Below, piece after piece: positions 28,770 through 37,875 of a stretch of 64,000 nt of DNA; the stretch's first letter is position 1, and every line of letters starts with the position of its first letter. The stretch is taken from positions 128,001 to 192,000 of the forward strand of contig JANRKS010000002.1 in NCBI GenBank assembly GCA_033763315.1. The letters are read 5' to 3'. The notes beneath the pieces were generated by a model, which saw only the letters and a program-made list of their open reading frames with translations, searched no databases and was not told the origin of the DNA. A program made the position numbers and the translations under genes. This stretch comes from Deltaproteobacteria bacterium (GTDB lineage Bacteria; Myxococcota_A; Polyangia; Fen-1088).

Positions 28770-28825
28770 AAGTACACGCTTGTGTATCACGTGTTCGGGT
28801 GATAAACCACAAGTATCCGCTTGTG
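28767..28825. promoter_or_regulatory. Two palindromic operators CACAAG-N6-CTTGTG
   Basis: 28767-28784 and 28808-28825, between divergent ArsR and TfoX-like genes. Confidence 0.7.
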
Positions 28826-28833
28826 GAGACGAA

Positions 28834-29190
28834 ATGAAGAACACGCCCAAGAAGAAGACCGCCTTGACGGCGAACGGTGAGGTCGATCCGCTGTTCGCGC
28901 CGCTCGCGCGCGCGTTCGAGAAGGTTCGCGACGTGACCGTAGGCAAGATGTTTGGTTCCGCCGGCCTCAAGGTGAACGGCAAGGTGTTCGCCATGGTCGT
29001 CAAGGGCAGGTTCGTCGCGAAGCTCCCGAAGCCTCAGGTCGATGCCCTCGTGGCATCCGGAGCTGGTGAGCACTTCGATCCCGGCCACGGCAAGCTCATG
29101 AAGGAGTGGGTGTCTGTCCCGTCCGATGGGACTCCGTGGCTGAAACTCGCGCGCGAAGCACACGGCTACGTGAAGGGCGGTCCGCGATGA
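28834..29190 (+). CDS. TfoX/Sxy N-terminal-like protein
   Basis: KMFG..LKVNGKVFAM..KLP..MKEWV. Confidence 0.75.
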   Translation: MKNTPKKKTALTANGEVDPLFAPLARAFEKVRDVTVGKMFGSAGLKVNGKVFAMVVKGRFVAKLPKPQVDALVASGAGEHFDPGHGKLMKEWVSVPSDGTPWLKLAREAHGYVKGGPR

Positions 29191-29681
29191 CGACCTTGCG
29201 CCACCAGACTCGTATCGAGGCGCCGATCACGCTCGTGTGGCAAGCCGTCGCCGGGGACCTCACGGCAGTACAGCGCTACAACCCCATGGTTTCTTCCGCG
29301 CGACTCTTGACCGACACCCAGGAAGGCGTCGGAGCGTCTAGGCGCTGCGAGCTCAAGCCCAGGGGGTTCGTCGAGGAACGCGTCTGGGAGTGGACCCCGC
29401 TGAAGGCGATCGGTCTCGAGGTGGTGGCAAGCGGGTGGCCGATCGTCTTCATGAAGTGGCGCACCGAACTCGCAGCGGATGGAGCGGCGACCGTGGTTAC
29501 CCAGCAGATGAACTACAGGCTGAAGTTCGGTCCCCTCGGTTTTCTCATGGACGCGCTCATGATGCGCCGCAAGCTGGACAGCGGTATCCGCGACATCTTC
29601 GAGAATCTCAAGCGCTACGTCGAGTCGGGTGGCGTGCAGTCCGTCGATGGCCGGACGTCTCCGCGTCCCTCGCGCTCGTGA
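29187..29681 (+). CDS. SRPBCC family protein
   Basis: IEAP..VW..GVGASRRC..LKRYVE. Confidence 0.8.
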   Translation: MTTLRHQTRIEAPITLVWQAVAGDLTAVQRYNPMVSSARLLTDTQEGVGASRRCELKPRGFVEERVWEWTPLKAIGLEVVASGWPIVFMKWRTELAADGAATVVTQQMNYRLKFGPLGFLMDALMMRRKLDSGIRDIFENLKRYVESGGVQSVDGRTSPRPSRS

Positions 29682-30532
29682 ACTGCAATCCTGCTCCAGA
29701 ACAGGTCGTGAAGACCCTGTGACCGTCCTGCATCGACGTCGCACTCTCGGACAATATTGAGCCGCCGCCCGAGTGACAATACGTCGGGCGCCGGTTCGCC
29801 CTGCCGGCTGGCATCGGGGATCGCATCCCGGAGCCCGCTACATTGGTAGCAGACGCCCTGTTTGTTCACGAGGGCGCAGAGCCCCTCGAACGACCTCTCC
29901 ATGGTGCTACGCGCCTCTGACAGCCTGTGGCGGAAAACCGACTCGGACAGTCCGAGAAATTTCGCTGCCTCCTGGTTGCTCAGTTCCTCGACCTCGCGGA
30001 GCACGAGGGCTACCTGCAGATCCGGATCGAGCGAGCGGCTGACGCAGGTGAAACAGAACGCGACGTGCTCCTTTACGTCGTAGTGGAAGGAGGGCGACAT
30101 CAGGACAGCCCCCACCTCCATCGCGAGCTCGGGTGACGCGTTACACTCGTTGGCGTAGGCGATCTGCGCATGCTCCCGCCAGCGCTTTTCGGCGCGGAGA
30201 AAGTCGATTGTCAGGTTTGTTCCAATTCGGCAGAGCCACGTGGAGAACGCGGAGCGGCCGTCAAAGGACCTGATAGATCCCCAGGCCTTCGCCAGCGCAT
30301 CCTGCACCAAATCATCGGTCTGTTGAGGATGACCAATCATGCGCCGGATCGTTCCGCGGAGCTTGGGCATCGCGCCCTGCGCGAGCTGGTCGAAGGCGCG
30401 GCGATCGCCGGTTTTGGCGGCGGCGATCGCCTGTTCGTCGGTCGAAGGTGGATCCTGCACGGTGAAAGACCATAGCTGCTCGGCGGGCGCCATTCCAATC
30501 GACGAGTGGTGGCTCACGCCATTCGGCTTCAT
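29615..30532 (-). CDS. ECF sigma factor with Cys-rich internal and C-terminal segments
   Basis: DDLVQD..FDGRSAFSTWL..LVLRE..EAA; CFTC and CALVNKQGVCYQC. Confidence 0.85.
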   Translation of the reverse strand: MKPNGVSHHSSIGMAPAEQLWSFTVQDPPSTDEQAIAAAKTGDRRAFDQLAQGAMPKLRGTIRRMIGHPQQTDDLVQDALAKAWGSIRSFDGRSAFSTWLCRIGTNLTIDFLRAEKRWREHAQIAYANECNASPELAMEVGAVLMSPSFHYDVKEHVAFCFTCVSRSLDPDLQVALVLREVEELSNQEAAKFLGLSESVFRHRLSEARSTMERSFEGLCALVNKQGVCYQCSGLRDAIPDASRQGEPAPDVLSLGRRLNIVRECDVDAGRSQGLHDLFWSRIAVHEREGRGDVRPSTDCTPPDST

Positions 30533-31005
30533 CGGGCGCCCGCGAGGACGCCATCAGGTCGGGCCTCGTCCGACGTGACCCGCCGAAGTCCGAGCGTCGA
30601 AAAAAGGCCTCCTCCCGCAAACAGTAGGGGACCAAGCCACCCGTCGCCCCACGCCATGTACCCGGGGACAAGGAGAAACGCGATCAGCCCGATGTCGAGA
30701 AACCCGGTGAGGGCGAGGTTCAGCCAATAGCCACCGCGCGAGTTTCGCCAGTTGAGGCGTACAGCGATCAGCCCGACGAGCAGCCCGATCCACACCATGT
30801 TGAAGGAGTGGAAAGCGATGATCGCCGAGACCACGGTGTGCTCGTAGAGCGTTGGTAGCTGCGCCGCCGTCGCAGCAGTTCCGATCTCACGCAAGTGGCC
30901 GTTGACGTCCGTCAGGGCGGACCCGACCAGCGTCGCGCCAGCACCTATGTGAAGAAGCGCCCATAGCGCGTAGAACACGGCTCCGACTTTGTGCATCTTT
31001 TTCAT
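30529..31005 (-). CDS. Membrane protein
   Basis: About four hydrophobic helices; overlaps the sigma start. Confidence 0.65.
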   Translation of the reverse strand: MKKMHKVGAVFYALWALLHIGAGATLVGSALTDVNGHLREIGTAATAAQLPTLYEHTVVSAIIAFHSFNMVWIGLLVGLIAVRLNWRNSRGGYWLNLALTGFLDIGLIAFLLVPGYMAWGDGWLGPLLFAGGGLFSTLGLRRVTSDEARPDGVLAGAR

Positions 31006-31020
31006 GGCAACCCGTTCGGC

Positions 31021-31596
31021 TCAGCCTGCGGTCGCCTTGAAGCTCTCGCGCGACGTCATTTCCCCGAGCCAACGCTTCAGCGCGACTCGCTCGCGGGGCG
31101 CGAAGCGTGCATCTTTGCTTTCGGCAAACGCGACCATCGGCGCGACAAAGAGGTCCGCGAGCGAAAGGGTATCACCGGCGAGATACGGGCTCTTGGAGAG
31201 TCGCTGTTCGAGGATGTCGAGGTCCCGCGCGGCTATCTCGGTGGCGCCTTCGGCGATGGCGTCCGCGAGCAGCGCCCCCACGAAGTCGCGGTACAAGTAG
31301 TCGATGGCGACGCTGATCCACTGCATCATCGTTGCCCGCTGAACGGTGCTCGCCGGCTGGAGCGCGGGGGTCGCGGTCAGGCTGTCCAGGTAGGTCCCGA
31401 CCGCGAGTGTCTCGAAAAACGACTGTCCCTCGTGCTCGATGGCCGGCATCTTCAAGAAGGGATGACGGGCGCGATGCGACTCGGCCCGGAACTCGAGCGG
31501 GACGAGCTCGTGAGGGAGGCCCTTCTCGACGCAGATGGCGCGAGCGGTGCGAACGTAGGTGCTTCCAGCGAAACCGAAGATCTTGATGGGATTCAT
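31021..31596 (-). CDS. Glutathione S-transferase family protein
   Basis: STYVR..HPFLKMP..FET..YLAGDTLSLADL. Confidence 0.88.
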   Translation of the reverse strand: MNPIKIFGFAGSTYVRTARAICVEKGLPHELVPLEFRAESHRARHPFLKMPAIEHEGQSFFETLAVGTYLDSLTATPALQPASTVQRATMMQWISVAIDYLYRDFVGALLADAIAEGATEIAARDLDILEQRLSKSPYLAGDTLSLADLFVAPMVAFAESKDARFAPRERVALKRWLGEMTSRESFKATAG

Positions 31597-31929
31597 TTCG
31601 TTCCTTTCGCCTGGTTAGACGAATGGCGTGCAAGAATCCGCCAAGTCAATGTAATGACTGCGATTTTCTCGGCATCCGGTTCGGGCCAGCGCGATCACTC
31701 GCCACTGCGATGCTCGGCGAGCCCCTGGGCAAGGTCGTTGGACACGGCGTCGAGGCCGTCCGCACGGCGCGGGCCAGCGTGGTCGCCGGCATCGACAGCT
31801 GCAGCGACTCCAGCGCGCGCGCTTCCGCCAGGCCATGTGCGCCACTTCTGAGGCGGGCCCGGCGTGAGCCTTCTGGACTCATGACCCGCTTCGAGGAGGG
31901 CGGGCTCAAACCCTTGTCGCGGGCCGGGT

Positions 31930-32928
31930 CTAGCCGCCGCCGAAAGTCGGCGATCTCGCCCAGTCACAGCCACTGCCGAAGCCGGGATGATGCACGGCCA
32001 TCTCTGACGGCGACCTTCCGCGCATTGAAGACACGCCCCCGAGCAGTGGCCCAAGGTCGTTGGGCTCCGTCGGGCAATAGAGCGCTGCCACCTGTCTCGC
32101 TTGTTCCCGTCCCGGCCCCACCTCGAACATGCCCCCGAAGTAGGCTCGCCCCCGTGCCGAGCGTATCGCTTCGAGACCCCGCATGACCTCCAGGAACCCG
32201 CCCATTCGCGGCGCTTTCAGATTGACGATTCGACCGGACGCCACCGCGCGGACCACGGCTTCGTGATCCGAGATCTCCCGATCGAGTGCGACCAGAGAGG
32301 CGGCGCAGGCCGCTGGCGGATCCTCGAAGATGCTGGTGGGGAAAGCGGCTTCCAACCTTCGGCAGGAATCAGGATCGCCGGCGGATTTGAAGTCCAGGGT
32401 GACGATCTCCCCTGCGGCCCGTAGCTCGTCGATTACGGAATCGGTCCACCCGGCGTCCACATCAACCTTGAACTCGCTCACGTCAAGCGTCGTCCGAATC
32501 GCTCGCACACGCGCGGCGGGATCGGCAGTTGCCGCGAAGGAAGACAGCCAACGCAGGCGCGAATCAGAGACCCCGGCGAGCTCGGCCATGCTGGACTGCC
32601 GTTGGCGAAGCGCCAGATCCAGCAGCGCCGCTTCGAGAGCCGTCCGCTCGAATGGATCGACGTTTCCGTTCAGCAGGGCCGACAACCGCCAAGTTCCGGC
32701 TGGAACGAGCGCCGTGGCCCGCTGGCGGAATGTCTGTTGCGCCTTTAGATCGAAAGCGACGTTTTCACCGAATCCAGAGACACCCGATCCATGGATCTCC
32801 ACAATGCCCGTGGGCCGTAGGCCGCCAGGATAGTCCGCGAGCGGCACCGACCCCACTTGAACTTTGACACCGTCCACGCGAACCGACAGGTCGCTCAAAG
32901 CATCTGCGAGCGCATGCGGGGCCAGCAT
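31930..32928 (-). CDS. Enolase-superfamily (mandelate racemase/MLE-like) protein
   Basis: GFGE, EAALLDL, FKVD, FEDP, NLKAPRMG, GGMFE; start abuts egtD-egtB stop. Confidence 0.7.
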   Translation of the reverse strand: MLAPHALADALSDLSVRVDGVKVQVGSVPLADYPGGLRPTGIVEIHGSGVSGFGENVAFDLKAQQTFRQRATALVPAGTWRLSALLNGNVDPFERTALEAALLDLALRQRQSSMAELAGVSDSRLRWLSSFAATADPAARVRAIRTTLDVSEFKVDVDAGWTDSVIDELRAAGEIVTLDFKSAGDPDSCRRLEAAFPTSIFEDPPAACAASLVALDREISDHEAVVRAVASGRIVNLKAPRMGGFLEVMRGLEAIRSARGRAYFGGMFEVGPGREQARQVAALYCPTEPNDLGPLLGGVSSMRGRSPSEMAVHHPGFGSGCDWARSPTFGGG

Positions 32929-35277
32929 CTATGCATCCTTCGCCAATCGGAATCCGGCAAAGATTTGCCGACGCTGCGGCAGATCCCAGTTGCGGAACGT
33001 GTTGCGTGCCACCTCACGAGACGTTGCAAACGATCCCCCGCGCAGCACCCGATGGGTGGTCCCGAAGAAGGGCTCAGAGTATTCGCGATAAGGAAATGCC
33101 TTGAACCCGGGATAAGGCTTGAACCAGCTGGCCGTCCACTCCCAGACATCACCCAGCATCTGGTGGCAGCCAAATGCACTGCGGCCTGCTGGGAAGGTGC
33201 CTACCGGAAGCGGCTCTAGCCAGCGCTGGTCAAGGTTGGCGTTGTCGGCCGCGGGGGCATCGCCCCAAGGGTAACGGCGAGGTGTGCCGCGCGCTGGATC
33301 CCAGGCGGCGGCCTTTTCCCACTCGGCCTCCGTCGGAAGTCGTTTGCCGGCCCAGCGCGCGTAGGCGTCCGCTTCATACCAGGACACGTGCACAACTGGC
33401 CGACGACGATCGAGGGGCACGAGGCTCGAGAAGGCTCGGCGCCACCAGCCTTCGTCCGTGCGGACCCATCCCAGGGGAGCTTGTACGGCTTCCTCCATCA
33501 GCCAACCCCATCCCTCGGGAGACCAGAACTCGGGGCGGCGGTAACCACCGTCCTCTATGAACTGCGTGAAGTCATCGTTTGTCACTGGTGCAATGTCGAT
33601 CCAGAAGGACCCGACGTCGACGAGGTGGGCCGGCCTTTCGTTATCGTAGGCCGCGCTCTCGTCATTCGTTCCCATCAAGAAGGGCCCGCCCGGCACCAGC
33701 ACTCGCTCGCCGTGAGGCGGCCGCGTAGCCGGCGGGGAGGGGTCGATGAACGCAGGCGCGTACGGCAGGTCAGTGCGCAGGTTCAGCGACTGCAGGATGG
33801 TTTCTTGATGCTGTGCTTCATGCTGCGCGACCAGGGCGAGCGCGTATCCGTCCTCGATGAGGCGGGAACGCCCGAGTTGTTCTGGGGTGAGTGTCTCCCA
33901 AAGCCGGCGCGAGCTGACGCGGACCTCGCCCAGCTCGGCCAGCACCTGTGCCGAGCCCGGGAGCGGCAACTCGCTTCGTCTTGCTCGTGGGACGCGGTTT
34001 GCATCATAGATTGGGTCGAGTCCCTCAGTCGTGTTCACGCCCGCGTCCCGCAGGCTTGCGATGACGTTCCGTTGTAGCCAGATCTGCTCGAAGTTGGCGA
34101 CATGTCCGAGGTCCCAAACGATGGGACTCATCAACCGGCTGTGTTGCTGCTCAAGATCGTCAGGAGCCAGGGGATCAACGAGTGCCAGAGTGCGCTGGCG
34201 AATGCGCTCGAGGGCCGCAAATCTCAGCGCAAGTGGTTTTGCGCGGCGGGAGAGCGGGGCGCGGCGCCGGAACAAGAACAAGCCGAACCGTTCGTGCTCG
34301 TCTAAACTTTGCCAGGCGAGCGAGAAACCATGGCGCTCGACCTCGGCAATCATCTCCGCTCCGTATTTCTGGCTGACCTCGGTTTGAACACGTTCGCCTC
34401 TGGCGATGCGGAACGAGCGTCCAATGGCAGGTAGCTCGATGATGGTTTCCTGAGCGAACTCGGCGAAGATCTCGACTCGCTGTCGCTCTCGGTCGTAGAA
34501 CGCCACGTGATGGATGATGTCGAGGGGGATGTCAGTGCCCAGCTCGCGGTTCATGCGCGCGAACAGATTTCGTGTGAACCTAGCCGACCAGCCCGCGACA
34601 TCGTTGTACGCAGCCTCGAGGATATCTGGTGCGTGTGCCTGGTCTAGTCCAAGCAGGAGGTGATCTCCGCCCCGTAGGTTGTCAGAAATCAGGGTAAGGA
34701 ACTCATGCTGATCGTGTTGGCCGAGGTTGCCGATGCTCGACCCGAGGAAGGCCAATACGGCGGGTGACAGCTGATAGACCAATGGCAAGGCCCGGTCATA
34801 GGCGCCGGCCAGCGCGTGCACGGTCAGCCTGTCCCGGTAGCGGTTCGCGAGGCGGTGGATGGCTTCGGTGAGCGATGTCTGGCTGACGTCGACTGGGGCA
34901 TAGAATGTCGGCTCTCGTTCGGTCCATGCGTCCAGCAGTCGCTCCGTCTTGGTCGAATTGCCGGAGCCGAGCTCGATCAGGCTGGTCGAACCGACCATGG
35001 CCCGCAGGTCCCGCGCGTGACGGGCAAGAATCGCATCCTCGACGCGCGTCTGGTAATACTCGGGCTGCCGTGTGATCTCGGCGAAGATCCGGCACCCCTC
35101 GTCGTCGTAAAGATACGTGGAGTCGAGTCGCCGTGGGCGCGCATCCAGGCCGTGTGCGATCGATAGCGCAAAACCCAAAGTGGGGTCGTTCTTCGCGTCC
35201 GCGGCCATGAGCGTCCGGTCGGCCATCTTCAGCGAGGTCCATCCTGGTGGCAGATCCAGGGTCTTGGGGTGATGCAT
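32929..35277 (-). CDS. egtD-egtB: Fused histidine trimethyltransferase EgtD + sulfoxide synthase EgtB (ergothioneine biosynthesis)
   Basis: YDDEG..F..IT..PEYY, ELGSG, GSSIGN, AAYND; WDLGH, QHEAQHQE, RLPTEAEWE, YREYSEPFF, FRNWD..RRQIF. Confidence 0.92.
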   Translation of the reverse strand: MHHPKTLDLPPGWTSLKMADRTLMAADAKNDPTLGFALSIAHGLDARPRRLDSTYLYDDEGCRIFAEITRQPEYYQTRVEDAILARHARDLRAMVGSTSLIELGSGNSTKTERLLDAWTEREPTFYAPVDVSQTSLTEAIHRLANRYRDRLTVHALAGAYDRALPLVYQLSPAVLAFLGSSIGNLGQHDQHEFLTLISDNLRGGDHLLLGLDQAHAPDILEAAYNDVAGWSARFTRNLFARMNRELGTDIPLDIIHHVAFYDRERQRVEIFAEFAQETIIELPAIGRSFRIARGERVQTEVSQKYGAEMIAEVERHGFSLAWQSLDEHERFGLFLFRRRAPLSRRAKPLALRFAALERIRQRTLALVDPLAPDDLEQQHSRLMSPIVWDLGHVANFEQIWLQRNVIASLRDAGVNTTEGLDPIYDANRVPRARRSELPLPGSAQVLAELGEVRVSSRRLWETLTPEQLGRSRLIEDGYALALVAQHEAQHQETILQSLNLRTDLPYAPAFIDPSPPATRPPHGERVLVPGGPFLMGTNDESAAYDNERPAHLVDVGSFWIDIAPVTNDDFTQFIEDGGYRRPEFWSPEGWGWLMEEAVQAPLGWVRTDEGWWRRAFSSLVPLDRRRPVVHVSWYEADAYARWAGKRLPTEAEWEKAAAWDPARGTPRRYPWGDAPAADNANLDQRWLEPLPVGTFPAGRSAFGCHQMLGDVWEWTASWFKPYPGFKAFPYREYSEPFFGTTHRVLRGGSFATSREVARNTFRNWDLPQRRQIFAGFRLAKDA

Positions 35278-35319
35278 GCGACCAGCCTGCGAGGTGTTCC
35301 GGCGATCCGCAACGAGGAG

Positions 35320-35345
35320 TGTAACGAAAAACGAGGCGCCGAGAC
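35320..35345 (+). promoter_or_regulatory. ECF-type motif TGTAAC-N16-AGAC with no sense gene downstream
   Basis: Exact match to island motif; faces the 3' end of 35387-36172(-). Confidence 0.5.
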
Positions 35346-35386
35346 CGACACCACTGGTGGGATTCCGTCTGCCCGGGTTCGGCCTG

Positions 35387-36172
35387 TCAGCGCGGCTTCA
35401 CGAATCGCAGCGCGAAGCGGTCGCTGGTTCCACGCCGGGTTTCGTCGAACACGTTCCAGTCGCGCGCGTCGGCCGCATTCCGCAGGAAGTCCGACTCCGA
35501 TTCGAGGTGGAAACCTGCGGCCAACAACTCGGCCTTCACCATGTCTTCCTCGATGCGATGATGGCTCTTGACGACGGCGGCGCCCGCGCCCTTTGCAGCC
35601 GCATGGTCGATGACTACGAACGAGCCGCCAGGTTTCAACGCACGCAGAACCGCCCGGTTCATGCGAGCGCGGTCGGTGCCGAACCAGTAGGTGTCGTGGT
35701 AAAAGAGAATCATCACGACCAGGTCGAGACCCTCAATCTCCTGTGGAAACGGATCCTCGAGCTCGCGGTCGAGGCGTACGACGTTGGCCATGGCGGGGCG
35801 GGCGAGGCGGGCGGTCCAGGGCTTCTCGGCGAACCGCTGCAGCACGAACGGCGTGTTGTGACCATAGACGCGGCCGGTGGGGCCGACCGCGCGGGCCAGC
35901 AGTTCAGCCGTGTATCCGCGGCCGGCAACCAGCTCGGCGACGCGCTGTCCGGGACGCAGGTCGAGGAAGGCCAGAAGTGCGGCCGGCTTTCGCTGCCCAT
36001 CCATCTCGCGGTCTTCGGGCGTGCGATCGGGCGCGTTCACGATGTCGGCCGCATCGGGAGGTCCGGGCGGTGGGGCGGCGGTTCCGGCCGCAGGCGCGTC
36101 CACGCGCTTCTGAACGGGCGCACAGCCGAGGAGAGTGATGAACGCGATGGCTGCAAGACGGGGACGGCTCAT
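35387..36172 (-). CDS. Predicted SAM-dependent methyltransferase lipoprotein
   Basis: LLGC lipobox; D..RKP..L.F..VAEL..G.GY..YHD..LKPGG..DH..HRI. Confidence 0.8.
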   Translation of the reverse strand: MSRPRLAAIAFITLLGCAPVQKRVDAPAAGTAAPPPGPPDAADIVNAPDRTPEDREMDGQRKPAALLAFLDLRPGQRVAELVAGRGYTAELLARAVGPTGRVYGHNTPFVLQRFAEKPWTARLARPAMANVVRLDRELEDPFPQEIEGLDLVVMILFYHDTYWFGTDRARMNRAVLRALKPGGSFVVIDHAAAKGAGAAVVKSHHRIEEDMVKAELLAAGFHLESESDFLRNAADARDWNVFDETRRGTSDRFALRFVKPR

Positions 36173-36234
36173 GTGCGGCCATGATAACGCGATGACCTGG
36201 CGGCCGACCACGAGCCGTGTACCCAAGCTTGGTT

Positions 36235-36762
36235 TTACTTGGACAGGTCGTGCGTGCGTAGGCCGTCGTTGATGTTGGTCTGGTGGCAGGTCGTGCACAT
36301 GGTGACGGACTTGCCCTCGAGCGGCGCTCCCTTGTCGTCGAGGAAGACCTTGCCGTCCGGAGTCACCTGACACCAATACCAGTCGGCGCCCTGCTTGTGC
36401 ATGATGGTGAGCGCCATGGGACCCGCGTCGGTCGGCGCGGCCCAGTTCTCCTTCACGATGAGCGCACCGTCAGGGAGGGGCAAAGTCTTCGATGCCATGG
36501 CCTGTCCGACGACGTCGTTGTAGTAGCTGATGACGTGCATGTTGTTGTGCGTGGGCGACGGCTTGAGCGTCGGATTCTCTGCGAAGGTGGGCCAGTCCCG
36601 GTAGCTGGTGGTGAGCGCGAGGACGCTGCGGGTTTCGGCTGACGACTCCTGCAGCGCCGGGCCCGATGGCGAATCGGTGTCTTGGCCATCGTCGTTGCCG
36701 CAGGCCGCGATGGCGATGATGGCAAAGAAGGCCACGAGGGATGAACGAGGATGGGTGGTCAT
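36235..36762 (-). CDS. Cytochrome P460-family lipoprotein
   Basis: AAC lipobox; PDGALIVKE..W.W..CTTCH; GGAGG RBS. Confidence 0.75.
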   Translation of the reverse strand: MTTHPRSSLVAFFAIIAIAACGNDDGQDTDSPSGPALQESSAETRSVLALTTSYRDWPTFAENPTLKPSPTHNNMHVISYYNDVVGQAMASKTLPLPDGALIVKENWAAPTDAGPMALTIMHKQGADWYWCQVTPDGKVFLDDKGAPLEGKSVTMCTTCHQTNINDGLRTHDLSK

Positions 36763-36793
36763 GGATGGTCCTCCGGTTAAGGTGTGGCGGGTT

Positions 36794-36819
36794 GTCTCGC
36801 CAGCACCGCAACCGTTACA
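36794..36819 (-). promoter_or_regulatory. ECF promoter TGTAAC-N16-AGAC
   Basis: Upstream of P460 gene. Confidence 0.75.
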
Positions 36820-36834
36820 CCTGACCACCTGCGC

Positions 36835-37119
36835 TCACGTCTCGACGCGGACGCCGTTCCAGAAACCGATCCAGCCCTGGATGTGGCGGGCGGCCTCCAG
36901 TGTCCGGGGATAGCTCCAGGCGGCGTTGGGGTTGACCTCGTCGCCCAAAACAACATCGAAGTAGTCGGCTGTGCCTTTCCAGCCGCACGTGGTGTGCTTG
37001 GGTGAGGGTCGCAGCAGGTCCCGGTTCACGCTTTCGGGTGGAAAATACGTATAACCATCGACGACCTGGGTGTTCAGGCTTTCGGCGATGACGCGACCGT
37101 TCCAGACGGCTTTGGCCAT
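36835..37119 (-). CDS. DUF427 family protein
   Basis: WNGRVIAES..YFP..CGWKG.A.Y..AAWSYP. Confidence 0.9.
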   Translation of the reverse strand: MAKAVWNGRVIAESLNTQVVDGYTYFPPESVNRDLLRPSPKHTTCGWKGTADYFDVVLGDEVNPNAAWSYPRTLEAARHIQGWIGFWNGVRVET

Positions 37120-37130
37120 GATGGCGTTCT

Positions 37131-37156
37131 GTATTGCAGGCGCCGGCAGCGTTACA
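37131..37156 (-). promoter_or_regulatory. ECF promoter TGTAAC-N16-ATAC
   Basis: Upstream of DUF427; back-to-back with 37164-37189. Confidence 0.75.
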
Positions 37157-37163
37157 GTGCGGT

Positions 37164-37189
37164 CGTAACGGCCAGCCAGGTCGAGGGAC
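37164..37189 (+). promoter_or_regulatory. ECF promoter CGTAAC-N16-GGAC
   Basis: Upstream of TIGR04282-like gene. Confidence 0.7.
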
Positions 37190-37218
37190 CCAAGGCACGT
37201 CTAGACCGATCTCTTGCC

Positions 37219-37875
37219 ATGATTCCCGATGTGACCGTCTGTGTGTTTGCCAAGCCACCCTGGCCAGGGAAGGCCAAGACTCGGCTCGCCCGCACCGTTG
37301 GTGCCGATGGGGCGGCGCGTTTGGCAGCCGCCTTTCTCGCGGACACGCTGCGCAGCGTGGGTGGCTTGCCGTGGGCACGGGTGATCTTGGCCCTGGCGGA
37401 GCCGTGGGCAGACGCGCCCATGCAGGGCGATCGCGTGTGGCTCCAGGGGGACGGCGATCTCGGCCAGCGCTTGGAAACGGTCACGGCGCGGGCGCTACAG
37501 CTGAGGGATCCCGTGCTCGCCATCGGGGCCGACTCGCCGGGATTGCCCGCGGATCGGTTGGTCGCGGCCCGCGCCCGCCTGCAAGACTCGGACGCGGTGC
37601 TCGGTCCGTCCGAGGACGGCGGCTTCTACCTGCTCGGGCTGCGTCGCTGCCCTCCGGGGCTGCTGAAAGACCTCCCCTGGAGCGCCAGCCACACCGGGGT
37701 GGCCACCCGAAAGAGGCTGCACGAGTCGGGATTTCGGGTCACTGAGCTCGAGCCCTGGTTCGATGTCGACGAGTGGCCCGAGTTGCAAAAGCTCGTGCGG
37801 CTGCTCGAGGCCGGTGACGTCACGGCGCCCGAGACGCGCGCCGTGCTCGAGGAGCTGGGTCTATGGCCGGCGTAG
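37219..37875 (+). CDS. TIGR04282-like (CofC-like) arsenosugar-associated transferase
   Basis: FAKPP.PG..KTRL, QG.GDLG.R, IGADSP, GPSEDGGFYLLG, DVD. Confidence 0.88.
   Translation: MIPDVTVCVFAKPPWPGKAKTRLARTVGADGAARLAAAFLADTLRSVGGLPWARVILALAEPWADAPMQGDRVWLQGDGDLGQRLETVTARALQLRDPVLAIGADSPGLPADRLVAARARLQDSDAVLGPSEDGGFYLLGLRRCPPGLLKDLPWSASHTGVATRKRLHESGFRVTELEPWFDVDEWPELQKLVRLLEAGDVTAPETRAVLEELGLWPA

Noticed and set aside
24736-29190. Long alternative ORFs (24736-25989, 28093-29190, upstream part of 28006-29163) and similar ones elsewhere
   Set aside because: Arg/Pro/Ala-rich shadow frames overlapping well-supported genes, as expected in high-GC DNA.
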